Positions 50,672 to 60,731 of a stretch of DNA of 64,000 nt are shown here, in pieces. Each line of letters opens with the position of its first letter. The first letter of the stretch is position 1. The stretch is from a virus. Taxonomy: Duplodnaviria; Caudoviricetes. The position numbers and the translations under genes are program-made. The notes beneath the pieces were generated by a model. The model made no database searches. It worked only from the letters and a program-made list of their open reading frames with translations, and was not told the origin of the DNA. The DNA lies in the IMG/VR virus record IMGVR_UViG_2894657497_000001, positions 1 through 64,000 of that record. One strand, 5' to 3'.

Positions 50672-51727
50672 TCCCATGATGCGGCGCCCTTTCTCCCATT
50701 TAATCTTTTTTCGTTGGAGAAAGGGGCCGCCGTCATCATAAAGGAAATGGAACAGAGACTCTACCTTATGAATTCCGCTTGCTCGCAAATGCCAACATCC
50801 ATGATGTTGTTTTATTCCAGAAAGAACCAAACCAGTACATTGACATATGCCATCTCTAAGATAGGACATGATAGAACCGTTCCCAACGCAAGACCAAGCC
50901 TGCTCGATTGTCGGGAGGCCACTTTTGGAAGTCCTGTTTTTCCGGGAGTGGAAGACAATACACCCATCACCGTCAAAATAACCACGAACAAAATGCCGGA
51001 ACAAACGGTCAGGAATCCCAGTGACAGCAGTGTCAACATTTGTTTTATTGGGGATACATCCGTGGGATACCAAAGAATCAAAGAGGGTTTTGTCTCTTAT
51101 ATCAATGGCACATGCCTCCGCATGACGCGTTTCACCATGCAAAATGTATTTGTGAGTAGAAAACTTTACAGGATGGTCTGAACGTATGGCTACCTTGAAT
51201 GACTCTAAATGGCCGCTGTCTGACGCTTTAAGCCCAATACGTAGCCCAGGACTCCGCCCACTAAATACGCAACCATCAGCCATAATAAACCCAAACCAAT
51301 ATGCTTTAGTCGCAGAATCGATAACAGAAAAGAAGTCGGAGTTGACATGGTATGAGCGAAAAGCAGGCTCGCGGAAAATATGCTCTTGGTCTCGCAATAT
51401 TTTTCTAGCATTGCTCTCGCTGATATCGAACTCGGCAGCCAGATCTGCGACTGAAACTAACCCAGAATTATACCTGGAACAAAATTGCTCTCGCCTCTCC
51501 GGTGATAACTTGCGCCGGGCCAAATTGGCCGTTGCGTGCTCTCGGGAAACGTTGATAGCGGCTTTCACCCCCCGGTGTTGGACACCGATACCAGAAAGCA
51601 ATTTTTTTAATGTTTTTGAAGCAATGTGGTGTTTTTCGGCAAGCCTCCACATGGCAACGCCATTTGCATATTCGCTGGCTATACCGGAGACAAGCACAGG
51701 ATCGTAAGTTTTACAGTTAAAATGCAC
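50657..51727 (-). CDS. Free-standing double-motif LAGLIDADG homing endonuclease with N-terminal HTHs
   Basis: YWFGFIMADGCV and HFVRGYFDGDGCI motifs; lower GC; GTG start after AAGGAG (ORF extends to 51766). Confidence 0.85.
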   Translation of the reverse strand: MHFNCKTYDPVLVSGIASEYANGVAMWRLAEKHHIASKTLKKLLSGIGVQHRGVKAAINVSREHATANLARRKLSPERREQFCSRYNSGLVSVADLAAEFDISESNARKILRDQEHIFREPAFRSYHVNSDFFSVIDSATKAYWFGFIMADGCVFSGRSPGLRIGLKASDSGHLESFKVAIRSDHPVKFSTHKYILHGETRHAEACAIDIRDKTLFDSLVSHGCIPNKTNVDTAVTGIPDRLFRHFVRGYFDGDGCIVFHSRKNRTSKSGLPTIEQAWSCVGNGSIMSYLRDGICQCTGLVLSGIKQHHGCWHLRASGIHKVESLFHFLYDDGGPFLQRKKIKWEKGRRIMGLYAY

Positions 51728-51797
51728 GACAAACTCCTTCGGAAAACGGTGGTCGCGTTGTAGCATATATCAAACAGATTGCAAGGAGGAATAGCCC

Positions 51798-52205
51798 ATG
51801 GCACTTGATACAGCAACCGGCAACAGGGTACTACTGAAGATCAAAGGAATCGTCATAGGGATGTGCCAGAACGTCTCCTTTGACGACGATTTCGGACTCC
51901 AGGAAGTCGATGGCATCGGCGACCTGGAGGTGGCAGGCTTCGAGGCCGGCAAGCTGACACACCGGATCAGCGGAGAGAAATACTTCGTGAAATCCCAGAC
52001 GTTGGTGAAGCTCGGATTTATCCCCAACAGCACCGGATGGCTTACCGCTCCCGAACTGGCGGTAGAGGTCGTTGACAGCGTGTCTGGCGAAACCGTCGAG
52101 AGCTATTCGGGCTGCAAATTCAACACCCACAGCCGGAAGTACAACAAGCACAGCATCACCGGAGAATCGTTCCAGATCTTCGCCCGCCACAAGGAAACAG
52201 CATAA
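51798..52205 (+). CDS. Tail tube protein
   Basis: ATGNRVLLKIKG..IGMCQNVSFDDDFG..EVDGIGD; follows sheath. Confidence 0.8.
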   Translation: MALDTATGNRVLLKIKGIVIGMCQNVSFDDDFGLQEVDGIGDLEVAGFEAGKLTHRISGEKYFVKSQTLVKLGFIPNSTGWLTAPELAVEVVDSVSGETVESYSGCKFNTHSRKYNKHSITGESFQIFARHKETA

Positions 52206-52270
52206 CCGCAGCGTAGCGCATGGCAAGCGGGGAGGTAGCCCCTCCCCGCCTAAATTTACCAGGAGGCATT

Positions 52271-52711
52271 ATGTCCATCCAACTCAAGACCAGTTTCAAC
52301 ATCGAAAATGCAATCTGCCCAACCACCGGGAAGCCATTCGGAAGCAAATACGCCGGTACGTTCACCATCCGCCGCCCCTCTCTTCTCGATAAAAAGAACA
52401 TATCTGTAAAAAATGCCGCGAGCATGTCAGCAGCCGGGACAATTGCGGCAGGAACAATGGACAAAATAGCATTGCTGATTTCGTATATTTTCAGCTTTGT
52501 CACCACAGTCAATGAGGAAGAACTCCCTGCGTGGTTCAACATGGCGGACCTCTATGACGGAGAAGACGAAGATGCGGTATTCGCGGTATGGGACGAGGTG
52601 CAGAACTACTTAAACTCCTTTCGACCCAAGGACAATAGCGGAAACGGTCCCACGGGAGATGGACAAGCTACGGTTTTGGTTCCGAAAGACGTACAACCTG
52701 CCGCCGACTGA
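52271..52711 (+). CDS. Tail assembly chaperone
   Basis: Between tube and tape measure; GTFTIRRPS. Confidence 0.65.
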   Translation: MSIQLKTSFNIENAICPTTGKPFGSKYAGTFTIRRPSLLDKKNISVKNAASMSAAGTIAAGTMDKIALLISYIFSFVTTVNEEELPAWFNMADLYDGEDEDAVFAVWDEVQNYLNSFRPKDNSGNGPTGDGQATVLVPKDVQPAAD

Positions 52712-52982
52712 CCCACGGTACCAGAACGTGACCGATGAAGAGATCACGCTCGAATATGAGATGCACCTGGCCGCAGACGGCAAGTCGCTAAAAACATGCT
52801 TCAAATGTGGATACAAGACATACCGCGACCAGTGCCCAGAATGCGGAGTAGAAATATCAAGCGACTCCACGGCGGACGAAATCCTAGAACGTCTCGAAAA
52901 TGGAGAGGATATAGACTTGGAAGAGATACTGCGCGGTGACCAGTGGAAGCCAGTTGAAGTTCCCAAACAGGCCGGGGCATAG
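52659..52982 (+). CDS. Tail assembly chaperone extension (probably reached by frameshift)
   Basis: Overlaps the upstream ORF in the +1 frame; WFRKTYNLPPTDPRY. Confidence 0.6.
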   Translation: MDKLRFWFRKTYNLPPTDPRYQNVTDEEITLEYEMHLAADGKSLKTCFKCGYKTYRDQCPECGVEISSDSTADEILERLENGEDIDLEEILRGDQWKPVEVPKQAGA

Positions 52983-53038
52983 CGCTCCGGCCTGTGGTCG
53001 TTTAGAAAACGGATAACTGCGATACGTGGAGGCGAAAC

Positions 53039-55378
53039 ATGGGACTCAGTATAGACCTTAAGGTGAATGGAACCGAGAAGGTTCTGGAAGCAACCAAGGC
53101 GGTCGGTGGCTTCAAAACAGAGATGGAAAAAGCGGAATCTCACACCGACATAAAAATGAATGTGCCTGGACTCGGTGATTCAAAAAACCTGAATGGTATG
53201 CGGTCCGCAAATGAGTTGGCAAAATCATACAGAAAAGAAATGGATGCGTCGCGGCGTGCCGTTGCCGAAATGGCCAAAGACTATGACAAGCTCATAAAAC
53301 TACCGAAGCCGTACAACAGATCCGATATCGAAGGATTGCACAAGACTTCTCCTAAAGCGCAATATTATGCCCGTGCAGCAGAAATAAACAAAAGCGACAA
53401 CACGCCCGCTCAAAAGAGGCAAACAGCAGCAGAACAATACTACGCGAAGCACGGAGACTATGGGCAGGTAGCACCCGGGCGGAGAGAAAACGGAACAGAC
53501 GATCCTAATGGGGGTAGTTCGGCGTTCAAGAAAGCGCTCGGGTGGTCGCTGGCGGCAGTCGGTGGATTCAGTATATTGGGGTTTCTGGCACAATCGAGGG
53601 CAAAGTATCAGCAGTCGGTGGGGCATGAAGCTACGTTGGGAGCAAGAGGCATCAAAGACGGCTTTGAGGACGGCGCCGGCCTTGGCATGGATTCGTTGGA
53701 ATACATGGGGCTCATGGAGCATGTCAGTCAATCTGCGGGGATGAGCGGTGACAGAGCTAAAGGAGCCACAAGGCTGTCGGCAGCATTCGGCAGAGCCTAC
53801 GGTGTAGATCCAAGCATGGCAGCAGGGATGTACGGGACCATGTACCAGGCGACCGGCAATGCCAATATGGGTGTCGGTGCCATAGCCACGATGGAACAAG
53901 CTGTCAAAAAAGGTATGGACAAGGCCCGCATGTCCGAACTCATGAACATGGTAGCCAGGAACACCAACATCACCGCGACAGCCATGCATGGAGCCGGAGC
54001 GAGCGACGCACAGGCAGGTACGGCAGCAGCCTTGGCAAGCGCTGTGATGGCGCTCAAAGACGGGACAAGCTATAAGCAATATGCCAAGTCGTCCGAGTTT
54101 ATGAACGTGGCGCAGAACGGATTTAAAAGCGCTGGAACCGCCCCCGGGGAAATCTTGTTATGGAAGGCTTTGGGAGGGTTTAACGGTGAGCTCACAGAAG
54201 ACAAATTGTATGACATTGAAAAGGCAAGAGAAGAAGGCCCGATCATGCATCCTGACGCGCTCCATAATATAATTAAGGACGTAGGTGTAGGGACGACTAA
54301 AAAAGGGCAATCTGTAAGACTCAAAAAATTAATTGAAACCTGGGGGCTGACCACACAAAGCGCAGATGCTCTTATAAAACTCGATGATTCCGGTATTTTA
54401 ACAGAGGCGGCCCGTAGTGGGAAAGATCTTAAACACCTGAAGACAGGAACTAAGAGAGAGAGAGAGATGGCGGCCAGAATGGAAGCCGCATACGGGACGC
54501 TGCCCGGCGCCGACAAATTAAACCGGATGGCGAGAACCAGCAACTTAGAAGTCAAAACAGGGGAGATTGTAGATAGGATCGTTGCCCCCATACAGGAAGC
54601 GATACTGAAAGCAGCCGAAACGGTTATGAATCGCCCAGAATTCAAAAAAATGATAGGCATGACCGATAGCCTGTTTAACTTTGGGACCACAGCCCCATCC
54701 CCGTCAGAAATGAAAACTACTGTGGCAGATAAAATGTTTATCAATACTCACGGGTACAGAGAGATGATAACCGATGCAGCGAGAAGGCGCGGCATCGACC
54801 CAGCAGAAGCTATTGCGCTTGCCGCCACAGAAAATCCTAAATTTGACCCTATGGCAATATCACCCAATGGACAGGGTGTAGGACTATTCCAAGATAACCC
54901 CAAATACCATGGCACTGTAAAACAGTTGCAAGACCCATTCAGGAATACAGCAATAGGGCTTAAAATATTGGCAGATGCGAAAAAAAAATACCCCAACGAT
55001 CCCGAAAAAGCATTGTTGGCATATAGCGGTCACCTTGATTCTAATGGAAATCCGCTCCCAGGATCTCGCGCATATTTAAAAAGGTATAGAAATAACTTGT
55101 ATCGAGAAAAAACTGCATCATTGTTTTTGGGGGGCGAGCAGATGACAACGTCGCTCACGAATATCGACCCAGAGAAAGTACCAAGTGATAGTTATTTGGA
55201 AAAAACAAATGGGGGTAAAGGGATCAATCAGAAAGCAATTGGCATGTCGCAAACTGAGGGCGCAGTTATGTTGCAAGGGACTGACAAATTAATAACGGCA
55301 ATAGAAACGTTAACAAATGCTTTGGGCGAGAAAAAGAGATATCTAGGAGCCCAAAAGTTAAATATAGGGACAAACTAA
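53039..55378 (+). CDS. Tape measure protein with C-terminal lytic transglycosylase domain
   Basis: Ala/Gly-rich helical region; AARRRGIDP...ATENPKFDPMAISPNGQGVGLFQ...ALLAYSG (SLT motifs). Confidence 0.8.
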   Translation: MGLSIDLKVNGTEKVLEATKAVGGFKTEMEKAESHTDIKMNVPGLGDSKNLNGMRSANELAKSYRKEMDASRRAVAEMAKDYDKLIKLPKPYNRSDIEGLHKTSPKAQYYARAAEINKSDNTPAQKRQTAAEQYYAKHGDYGQVAPGRRENGTDDPNGGSSAFKKALGWSLAAVGGFSILGFLAQSRAKYQQSVGHEATLGARGIKDGFEDGAGLGMDSLEYMGLMEHVSQSAGMSGDRAKGATRLSAAFGRAYGVDPSMAAGMYGTMYQATGNANMGVGAIATMEQAVKKGMDKARMSELMNMVARNTNITATAMHGAGASDAQAGTAAALASAVMALKDGTSYKQYAKSSEFMNVAQNGFKSAGTAPGEILLWKALGGFNGELTEDKLYDIEKAREEGPIMHPDALHNIIKDVGVGTTKKGQSVRLKKLIETWGLTTQSADALIKLDDSGILTEAARSGKDLKHLKTGTKREREMAARMEAAYGTLPGADKLNRMARTSNLEVKTGEIVDRIVAPIQEAILKAAETVMNRPEFKKMIGMTDSLFNFGTTAPSPSEMKTTVADKMFINTHGYREMITDAARRRGIDPAEAIALAATENPKFDPMAISPNGQGVGLFQDNPKYHGTVKQLQDPFRNTAIGLKILADAKKKYPNDPEKALLAYSGHLDSNGNPLPGSRAYLKRYRNNLYREKTASLFLGGEQMTTSLTNIDPEKVPSDSYLEKTNGGKGINQKAIGMSQTEGAVMLQGTDKLITAIETLTNALGEKKRYLGAQKLNIGTN

Positions 55379-55403
55379 AGATACCAGCATGCGACCATTG
55401 GGA

Positions 55404-55769
55404 TTATTTCATGGCCGCATGTCTTTTTATTGATTTATACATGCCATTGCCAATAGCAGCATCCTGCAGAACAATAGCAGGAGCACCATTTAACCTAATA
55501 AACACGTCGCCAGAGTCTTCGTGAAACACATACGTGGTCTCGGCGCAATTTACATTGAGTGTTTTTTTGGCTAATTTAGCCACACACCTCATGCCGCCTT
55601 CGTACCAAAAATAAGTGCCTCTCGCGCTAGTAGATTTAACAGAATAAAGAGTACCGTCTTCGGAAACAGTTTCAAAGATAGTGTCTTTACTCACTATGTC
55701 ACCGCCACTTGCCGCAATTGGGTATAACAACATAAATGCGATTAAAAACCATTTCATAATAGCCTCCAA
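55404..55769 (-). CDS. Small secreted protein (moron-like)
   Basis: Signal peptide MKWFLIAFMLLYPIAASG; AT-rich; antisense to the tail operon. Confidence 0.55.
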   Translation of the reverse strand: MEAIMKWFLIAFMLLYPIAASGGDIVSKDTIFETVSEDGTLYSVKSTSARGTYFWYEGGMRCVAKLAKKTLNVNCAETTYVFHEDSGDVFIRLNGAPAIVLQDAAIGNGMYKSIKRHAAMK

Positions 55770-55842
55770 GTGGGGGGAGTGACAACCACTCCCCCCTTAT
55801 AACACCAGACATTTGATCATGCAAGGGTGACAGCCACTGGAA

Positions 55843-56574
55843 TCACGCCTTTTTGCCTGCGCTCTTGGCCGCATTAACCACATAATCAGGCATTTGCGAC
55901 AGCGTGATATTTTTGGCAAAGGCGCATGCCTCGTCATACCGAATGGTGGGGATCGCCGTATAGGACGACACCTGAAACTGCCGCTTCAACAGATTCCAGA
56001 TGCCAGGAAACAGGAGCGGGCACCGGACGCCATAAATCTCGTGAAGCTCCTGAACCTTCTCCGTGACGATGTTTTTTAGCTCATATGCCTGCCACTGGTG
56101 CAAGCGGACCGTGTCCAGCATCTTCGTAACCGAAGCCTCCACGGTATCGACCCGGCTATTCATCTGCGACATGGCGTCGAAGGTCAGCTTGAGAAGCTGC
56201 ATGGGATCCGTGGGGAGCGCCGGCATCGAGTATGCCCGGTTTTTGCGTAGCTGCGGAAGAACCTCGTCCATCACCCACCGTTCAAAGCGTTCCGCAGACG
56301 GCAGCTTGGAACGAACGATCAGCCGGTACATATCCCCCTCCGGAATAACAGTGATCCCGCGGGGGCTGTCCGTCAAAGGTAACGATTCGTTACCTTTTAA
56401 CAATTTGGCATACTTGCAGTGGTCGGAAATTGCTTTCTGGGGGTTGGTGTACCCCAGGACCACGGCCAAATCCTTGGCGACAAACCATGCCTCGTCGGCC
56501 AGAGTTACAGCACGGATAGCTTGAGAATCGAAACTGAAAACCGCCTGCACATTATTTGCTGCCTGATTTTCCAT
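55843..56574 (-). CDS. BRO-N family antirepressor-like protein
   Basis: WFVAKDLAVVLGYTNPQKAI...IPEGDMYRLIVRSKLPSAERFERWVMDEVLPQLRK; ORF6C-like C-terminus. Confidence 0.88.
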   Translation of the reverse strand: MENQAANNVQAVFSFDSQAIRAVTLADEAWFVAKDLAVVLGYTNPQKAISDHCKYAKLLKGNESLPLTDSPRGITVIPEGDMYRLIVRSKLPSAERFERWVMDEVLPQLRKNRAYSMPALPTDPMQLLKLTFDAMSQMNSRVDTVEASVTKMLDTVRLHQWQAYELKNIVTEKVQELHEIYGVRCPLLFPGIWNLLKRQFQVSSYTAIPTIRYDEACAFAKNITLSQMPDYVVNAAKSAGKKA

Positions 56575-56824
56575 ATCTCACCTCGTTTTTTTTGATGTGG
56601 CCACCATTCGGTGCGCCAAATGCTCGGACCTCGACAGGGACCAGAAGCCGCCCCGCCAGAATGATATCGCCACAACGCGCATTACAATGCTCAATCGGCA
56701 AAGCTCTCGCCGGTTATGCGTAAGATAACGCGCTTTCGCCCCGCCTGAATGGTATTCCCACCAAACTGTTTGATATGCGCTACAGATTTGCTACCATGAA
56801 GGCATCACGAGAGAAGGTTCAAAC

Positions 56825-57322
56825 ATGGGATTGCTCGATACCATAACCAACATCGCCAGCGCGGTGGTCAATACCCCGAACGTCACCGGCAACAACATCG
56901 TGCTTAAAATTGGCGGCGTAGCGGTGGGCATGGCCCAGAACGTCACCATAACCACGGAAAACGATATGCAGCGGCTGTATGGCGTCGGAGATCTCGAAGC
57001 GCAGGACATGGTGCCCGGCAACATAAAGTACACGTTCAGTGGCGAGATACTGCTGGTCAGCAATAAGGCATTGGACCAGATAACGGTCAAAAAAGAATCT
57101 GCAATGCCAGGGTATCCAAAGACCGCAACGAGCCTGGTCCCCATCACCGGGAGCCAGTGGATAACAGACGGTTTTTTTGACATTGAGGTACTCGACAAAC
57201 TCCGAAAAGAAACTATCGGATATTACGCACATTGCCAGTTTGAGCGCTATTCGTTGCGCATCGGAAAACATGCCATCGTCGTTTCCGAATTTTCCATAGC
57301 AGGAATGCAGAGATTTCTGTGA
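56825..57322 (+). CDS. Second tail-tube-like protein (tube initiator)
   Basis: Clear paralogue of 51798-52205 (TGNNIVLKIGGVAVGMAQNV...YGVGDLE). Confidence 0.7.
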   Translation: MGLLDTITNIASAVVNTPNVTGNNIVLKIGGVAVGMAQNVTITTENDMQRLYGVGDLEAQDMVPGNIKYTFSGEILLVSNKALDQITVKKESAMPGYPKTATSLVPITGSQWITDGFFDIEVLDKLRKETIGYYAHCQFERYSLRIGKHAIVVSEFSIAGMQRFL

Positions 57323-58731
57323 AGCCATACTTTCAAACATATTCGCCCCGCTGCCGGGTGTTGATTTATGACCTGCTCGCAGGAGGCCAGGCGCAGGCCG
57401 ATCTATCCAACGATATCCTGAGCATCGCCACCAACAAGGCGTATGGCCGGGCTGCCGGGACATGGCAAATCATGTTGCCGTACAAACAAGTGAAGTCATG
57501 GAAAAGCAAAGACGGCGGCGCCATGAAATACTATCACGAGATTCTGGAACCAGACGACATGATCACCATCGAACTGGATGCCGGGGATGGCAAGGGCATG
57601 CAGCCGGTTATGCTGGGGCTGGTAGACCGGCCTTCTCTGGTCCGCCAGGGAGATGTGCATCCAGTCCGCCAGGTAAAAGTGAGCGGCCAGGACGTCGGCA
57701 AGCTGCTCGCCAAGCACGATATTGGGTGGGACATTTCGGCGGCGCAGATACAAAAAAGCAACCAATCGCTGGGGCGGGCTGCATTCGTTGACCAGACGGA
57801 CGACGGAAAGCAAGGAGTCAAAGACTACATCAAAAGCTATATGGCCCGCGTCGTGCTGCAAACCGGGACGGCGGCGAGCCAGTTTGAGCAATTGGCGCTG
57901 TTATTCCTGAACCAACTGAACAACCGCGTCGTCAAAAACATGGACTTCAAAACCGATACCGACGACACCTGGATGGTGTGGGATCCGAGCATCATGTTCA
58001 TCAAGAACACCACCGTCTGGGACGCCATGTCGCGCCTGTCCCACCGTCCATACAACATGCTGAACGCCGACACCAGCGTGAGCGACGTGGGGAAATTCGA
58101 GGTAATCCTGGAACGGAACCCCATCACGACATTCGGCGAGACAGACCGGAGCCAGGCGGGCGTGGACCTGCACCTGGTAGACGATACGGAGATCATCAAC
58201 GACGACCTGGGCGTGAGCGATGCAGAGAGGATCAACCTGCTGTGCTACTGGCCAACGCTTTACAAATACGCCGTGTCCGAATGTATCGATATCGTCATGT
58301 CGAACAGCGAATTGACCAAATTCGATGCGGATAGCATCGCCCTCCATGGTTACTGCAGCAAGATCATAGACGACGTCTTCGTGCCGGTGAACGTTACCGA
58401 CCCCATGTCCGATAGCGCAGCCAATCAGAAAATTGCGTGGGCACCATCACAGGAACGGGCGACGCTGTTCTGGAACTGGTATCAGGAAAATCACACCTAC
58501 GAATCCGGGACCATCCTGACGCACCTGCGCCCCGAGATCCGGGCCGGGCATTGTCTGGTGGTGCGCCAGGGCAACACCAGCAACTTCAAGGAGTACCTGG
58601 TGGAACAGGTATCGCATCAATACAACGTCAACCCGATGCCGCAGTTCACCACGGCGTACCAGGTGACACGCGGCCAGGATGCTGCGGAAATCAAAAAGTC
58701 CAATCTCACGACAGGGGGAATAATGCAGTGA
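57319..58731 (+). CDS. Baseplate hub-like protein
   Basis: Synteny; AAGTWQIML, VKVSGQD, LRPEIRAG...YLVEQVSHQY...QVTRG. Confidence 0.65.
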   Translation: MKPYFQTYSPRCRVLIYDLLAGGQAQADLSNDILSIATNKAYGRAAGTWQIMLPYKQVKSWKSKDGGAMKYYHEILEPDDMITIELDAGDGKGMQPVMLGLVDRPSLVRQGDVHPVRQVKVSGQDVGKLLAKHDIGWDISAAQIQKSNQSLGRAAFVDQTDDGKQGVKDYIKSYMARVVLQTGTAASQFEQLALLFLNQLNNRVVKNMDFKTDTDDTWMVWDPSIMFIKNTTVWDAMSRLSHRPYNMLNADTSVSDVGKFEVILERNPITTFGETDRSQAGVDLHLVDDTEIINDDLGVSDAERINLLCYWPTLYKYAVSECIDIVMSNSELTKFDADSIALHGYCSKIIDDVFVPVNVTDPMSDSAANQKIAWAPSQERATLFWNWYQENHTYESGTILTHLRPEIRAGHCLVVRQGNTSNFKEYLVEQVSHQYNVNPMPQFTTAYQVTRGQDAAEIKKSNLTTGGIMQ

Positions 58732-59414
58732 GTATGATGGATGAAACCGGGGCACGGCTGCAGGAGACGCTACGGACGCATCCTGCGTTCCAAGAGATAG
58801 CGAACGTCGACCGGCTGCTGCGCGGGACGATAATGCCCAACGGGGTACTGTTCAAAGACGACGCCAAAAACACCACCGGCATCACGCTTGTGAATGTGTC
58901 CTTGATGGGGGGATACCCAGATATTTATGGTGTCCCTGTAGCGCATACCAAAATCAATTATCAGACCGGAGAAGAGTGGTCGCCGGACCCTGGCGACGTG
59001 GTACTGGTGAGCTTCATAAACGGAAACTTTTGGGAGCCCGTCGTAATAGGGTATCTACCCCTCCCCCAAAACCAGATCGAGGGCAAACGGAGTGACGTAC
59101 CTGCAGGTAAGCGCCGCTACCACTTCAAATGCAACAAGACCGACATCACCGTGGACAAGGACGGGAACCGAGACACCAGCGTCCAGGGACATGACAGCCT
59201 GACGATCCAGACCGGTGACTATACCGTGAACGTCGTGGCCGGGAAATGCACCGTAAACGTCAAGGGCAAGACCGTATGGACTTCCGATGGCACCGTGGAG
59301 ATTGACGGCTCCGGCAGCGGCGCGGTGGCCGGAGTTGTCCAGGGAGACTGCCTGTGCGCCTATACGGGGAAGAAACATCCTATGGTATCGTCAACAGTGA
59401 AAGTGAGTAAATAG
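58728..59414 (+). CDS. Baseplate spike (gpV-like)
   Basis: PDPGDVVLVSFINGN..PVVIGYL OB-fold motif; beta-rich C-terminus. Confidence 0.7.
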   Translation: MSMMDETGARLQETLRTHPAFQEIANVDRLLRGTIMPNGVLFKDDAKNTTGITLVNVSLMGGYPDIYGVPVAHTKINYQTGEEWSPDPGDVVLVSFINGNFWEPVVIGYLPLPQNQIEGKRSDVPAGKRRYHFKCNKTDITVDKDGNRDTSVQGHDSLTIQTGDYTVNVVAGKCTVNVKGKTVWTSDGTVEIDGSGSGAVAGVVQGDCLCAYTGKKHPMVSSTVKVSK

Positions 59415-60722
59415 ATGCTGGGTCTATCTGGTGCTGATTTATTGACATCGAGAAAGACTGCTATGGATGCAGTCCCTCTAGTACAGTCTTCTGCAGAGAG
59501 TGATGCAACTGCTTACAGACAGTCTGTATTGCTTGCAGACTGTAATGCGATAATCCAGTATCTTGAGACTACCCGGATAATGATAGGTAGTTCAGTTGAT
59601 GATGGGGTAAATTTACTACAGGTAAATGGTTCAGAAAAACTGAGTGGGAATCTGACCTTTGTTAGTGATCAGGTGGAACGGTTTATTTCATGCAGCGCAA
59701 TGGGCGGGGCAATCCGGTTTAGGGGGAATTCCGGGGCTGCTACAGACCGTGGATTAATGTTTGGCATGATCAACAATGCTGGCACATGGGCTGAATATGC
59801 CAGGATACCCGCAGATAGTGGCAATCTGCTCATTGGCACCACCACTGATGATGGTGTGAACAAGTTGCAAGTAAATGGCGGTATATATGCAAATGGTAAC
59901 ATGGTGCTGTCTGGGGCAACAAACAACCAGCTTATTACATTAAAACAGGCTGGACCATATACATGGTGGAACATAAACAATGTTGCAGGGGTATTTGGTG
60001 TTGCACCTTATGGTCAGGCTAATGTGCTGTCCCTTACTGCCCCTGGCAACGTACTCATAGGTACCACAACTGACGATGGTGTGAACAAGTTGCAGGTGGA
60101 TGGTAGCCTATCAATCAGAGCATATCCGTACAGTACTTCATATGAGCGTCACTTTGACTGCTCTGATCATACGGGTACGAAACCCTCGCACCAGAACATG
60201 ATTGCAATAGGCTCAACCTCATGGTGTGACAACGCATACATGCGGTTTGTTACACAGAATGTAGAAAGGATGCAAATTTCAGTTTCCGGCAATGTCCTCA
60301 TAGGCACCAGTACCGACAACGGCATGGGAAGGTTGCAGGTTGCTTCATCAAATATATCACTTTCTGACAGTTATTCCTTGGTTTGGGGTAACGCAGCTAC
60401 TTACATATCTGGAAATTCTTCTAGTCCTATTCTAGGATTTACTGTTGGTGGTGCCGAGCGTGTGAGGATTGCCCCGTCTGGTAACGTCCTTGTTGGGACT
60501 TACGCAGACGATGGAGTGAACAAGCTACAGGTCAATGGAAGTAGCTACATATACAGCAATCTAACAATAGGCGCAGGAAATATAAAGTGTAACCTCACCA
60601 ATTCACAAGCACTATCTGCAACAAATGACTTCCAAATAACGGTAGTTTCCAACACACAGATTAAGTTTCAAATGCGTGGGTCTGATGGCTTAACGCGCAA
60701 CTATACAATGACTTTGTCATAA
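59415..60722 (+). CDS. Tail fibre-like protein with internal repeats
   Basis: About 5 copies of GNVLIGTTTDDGVNKLQVNG; lower GC than flanks. Confidence 0.7.
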   Translation: MLGLSGADLLTSRKTAMDAVPLVQSSAESDATAYRQSVLLADCNAIIQYLETTRIMIGSSVDDGVNLLQVNGSEKLSGNLTFVSDQVERFISCSAMGGAIRFRGNSGAATDRGLMFGMINNAGTWAEYARIPADSGNLLIGTTTDDGVNKLQVNGGIYANGNMVLSGATNNQLITLKQAGPYTWWNINNVAGVFGVAPYGQANVLSLTAPGNVLIGTTTDDGVNKLQVDGSLSIRAYPYSTSYERHFDCSDHTGTKPSHQNMIAIGSTSWCDNAYMRFVTQNVERMQISVSGNVLIGTSTDNGMGRLQVASSNISLSDSYSLVWGNAATYISGNSSSPILGFTVGGAERVRIAPSGNVLVGTYADDGVNKLQVNGSSYIYSNLTIGAGNIKCNLTNSQALSATNDFQITVVSNTQIKFQMRGSDGLTRNYTMTLS

Positions 60723-60731
60723 GGAGAAAAC

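Noticed and set aside
22613-56666. Short motif AT(C/T)ATTCTGGC(C/G)GG at ~22613 (+) and ~34248, ~34780, ~56652 (-)
   Set aside because: Only about four copies and short; could be a -10-like element but cannot be supported without TSS data
59415-60722. Diversity-generating retroelement target in the fibre gene
   Set aside because: No reverse transcriptase in the window and no TR/VR pair differing only at adenines was seen
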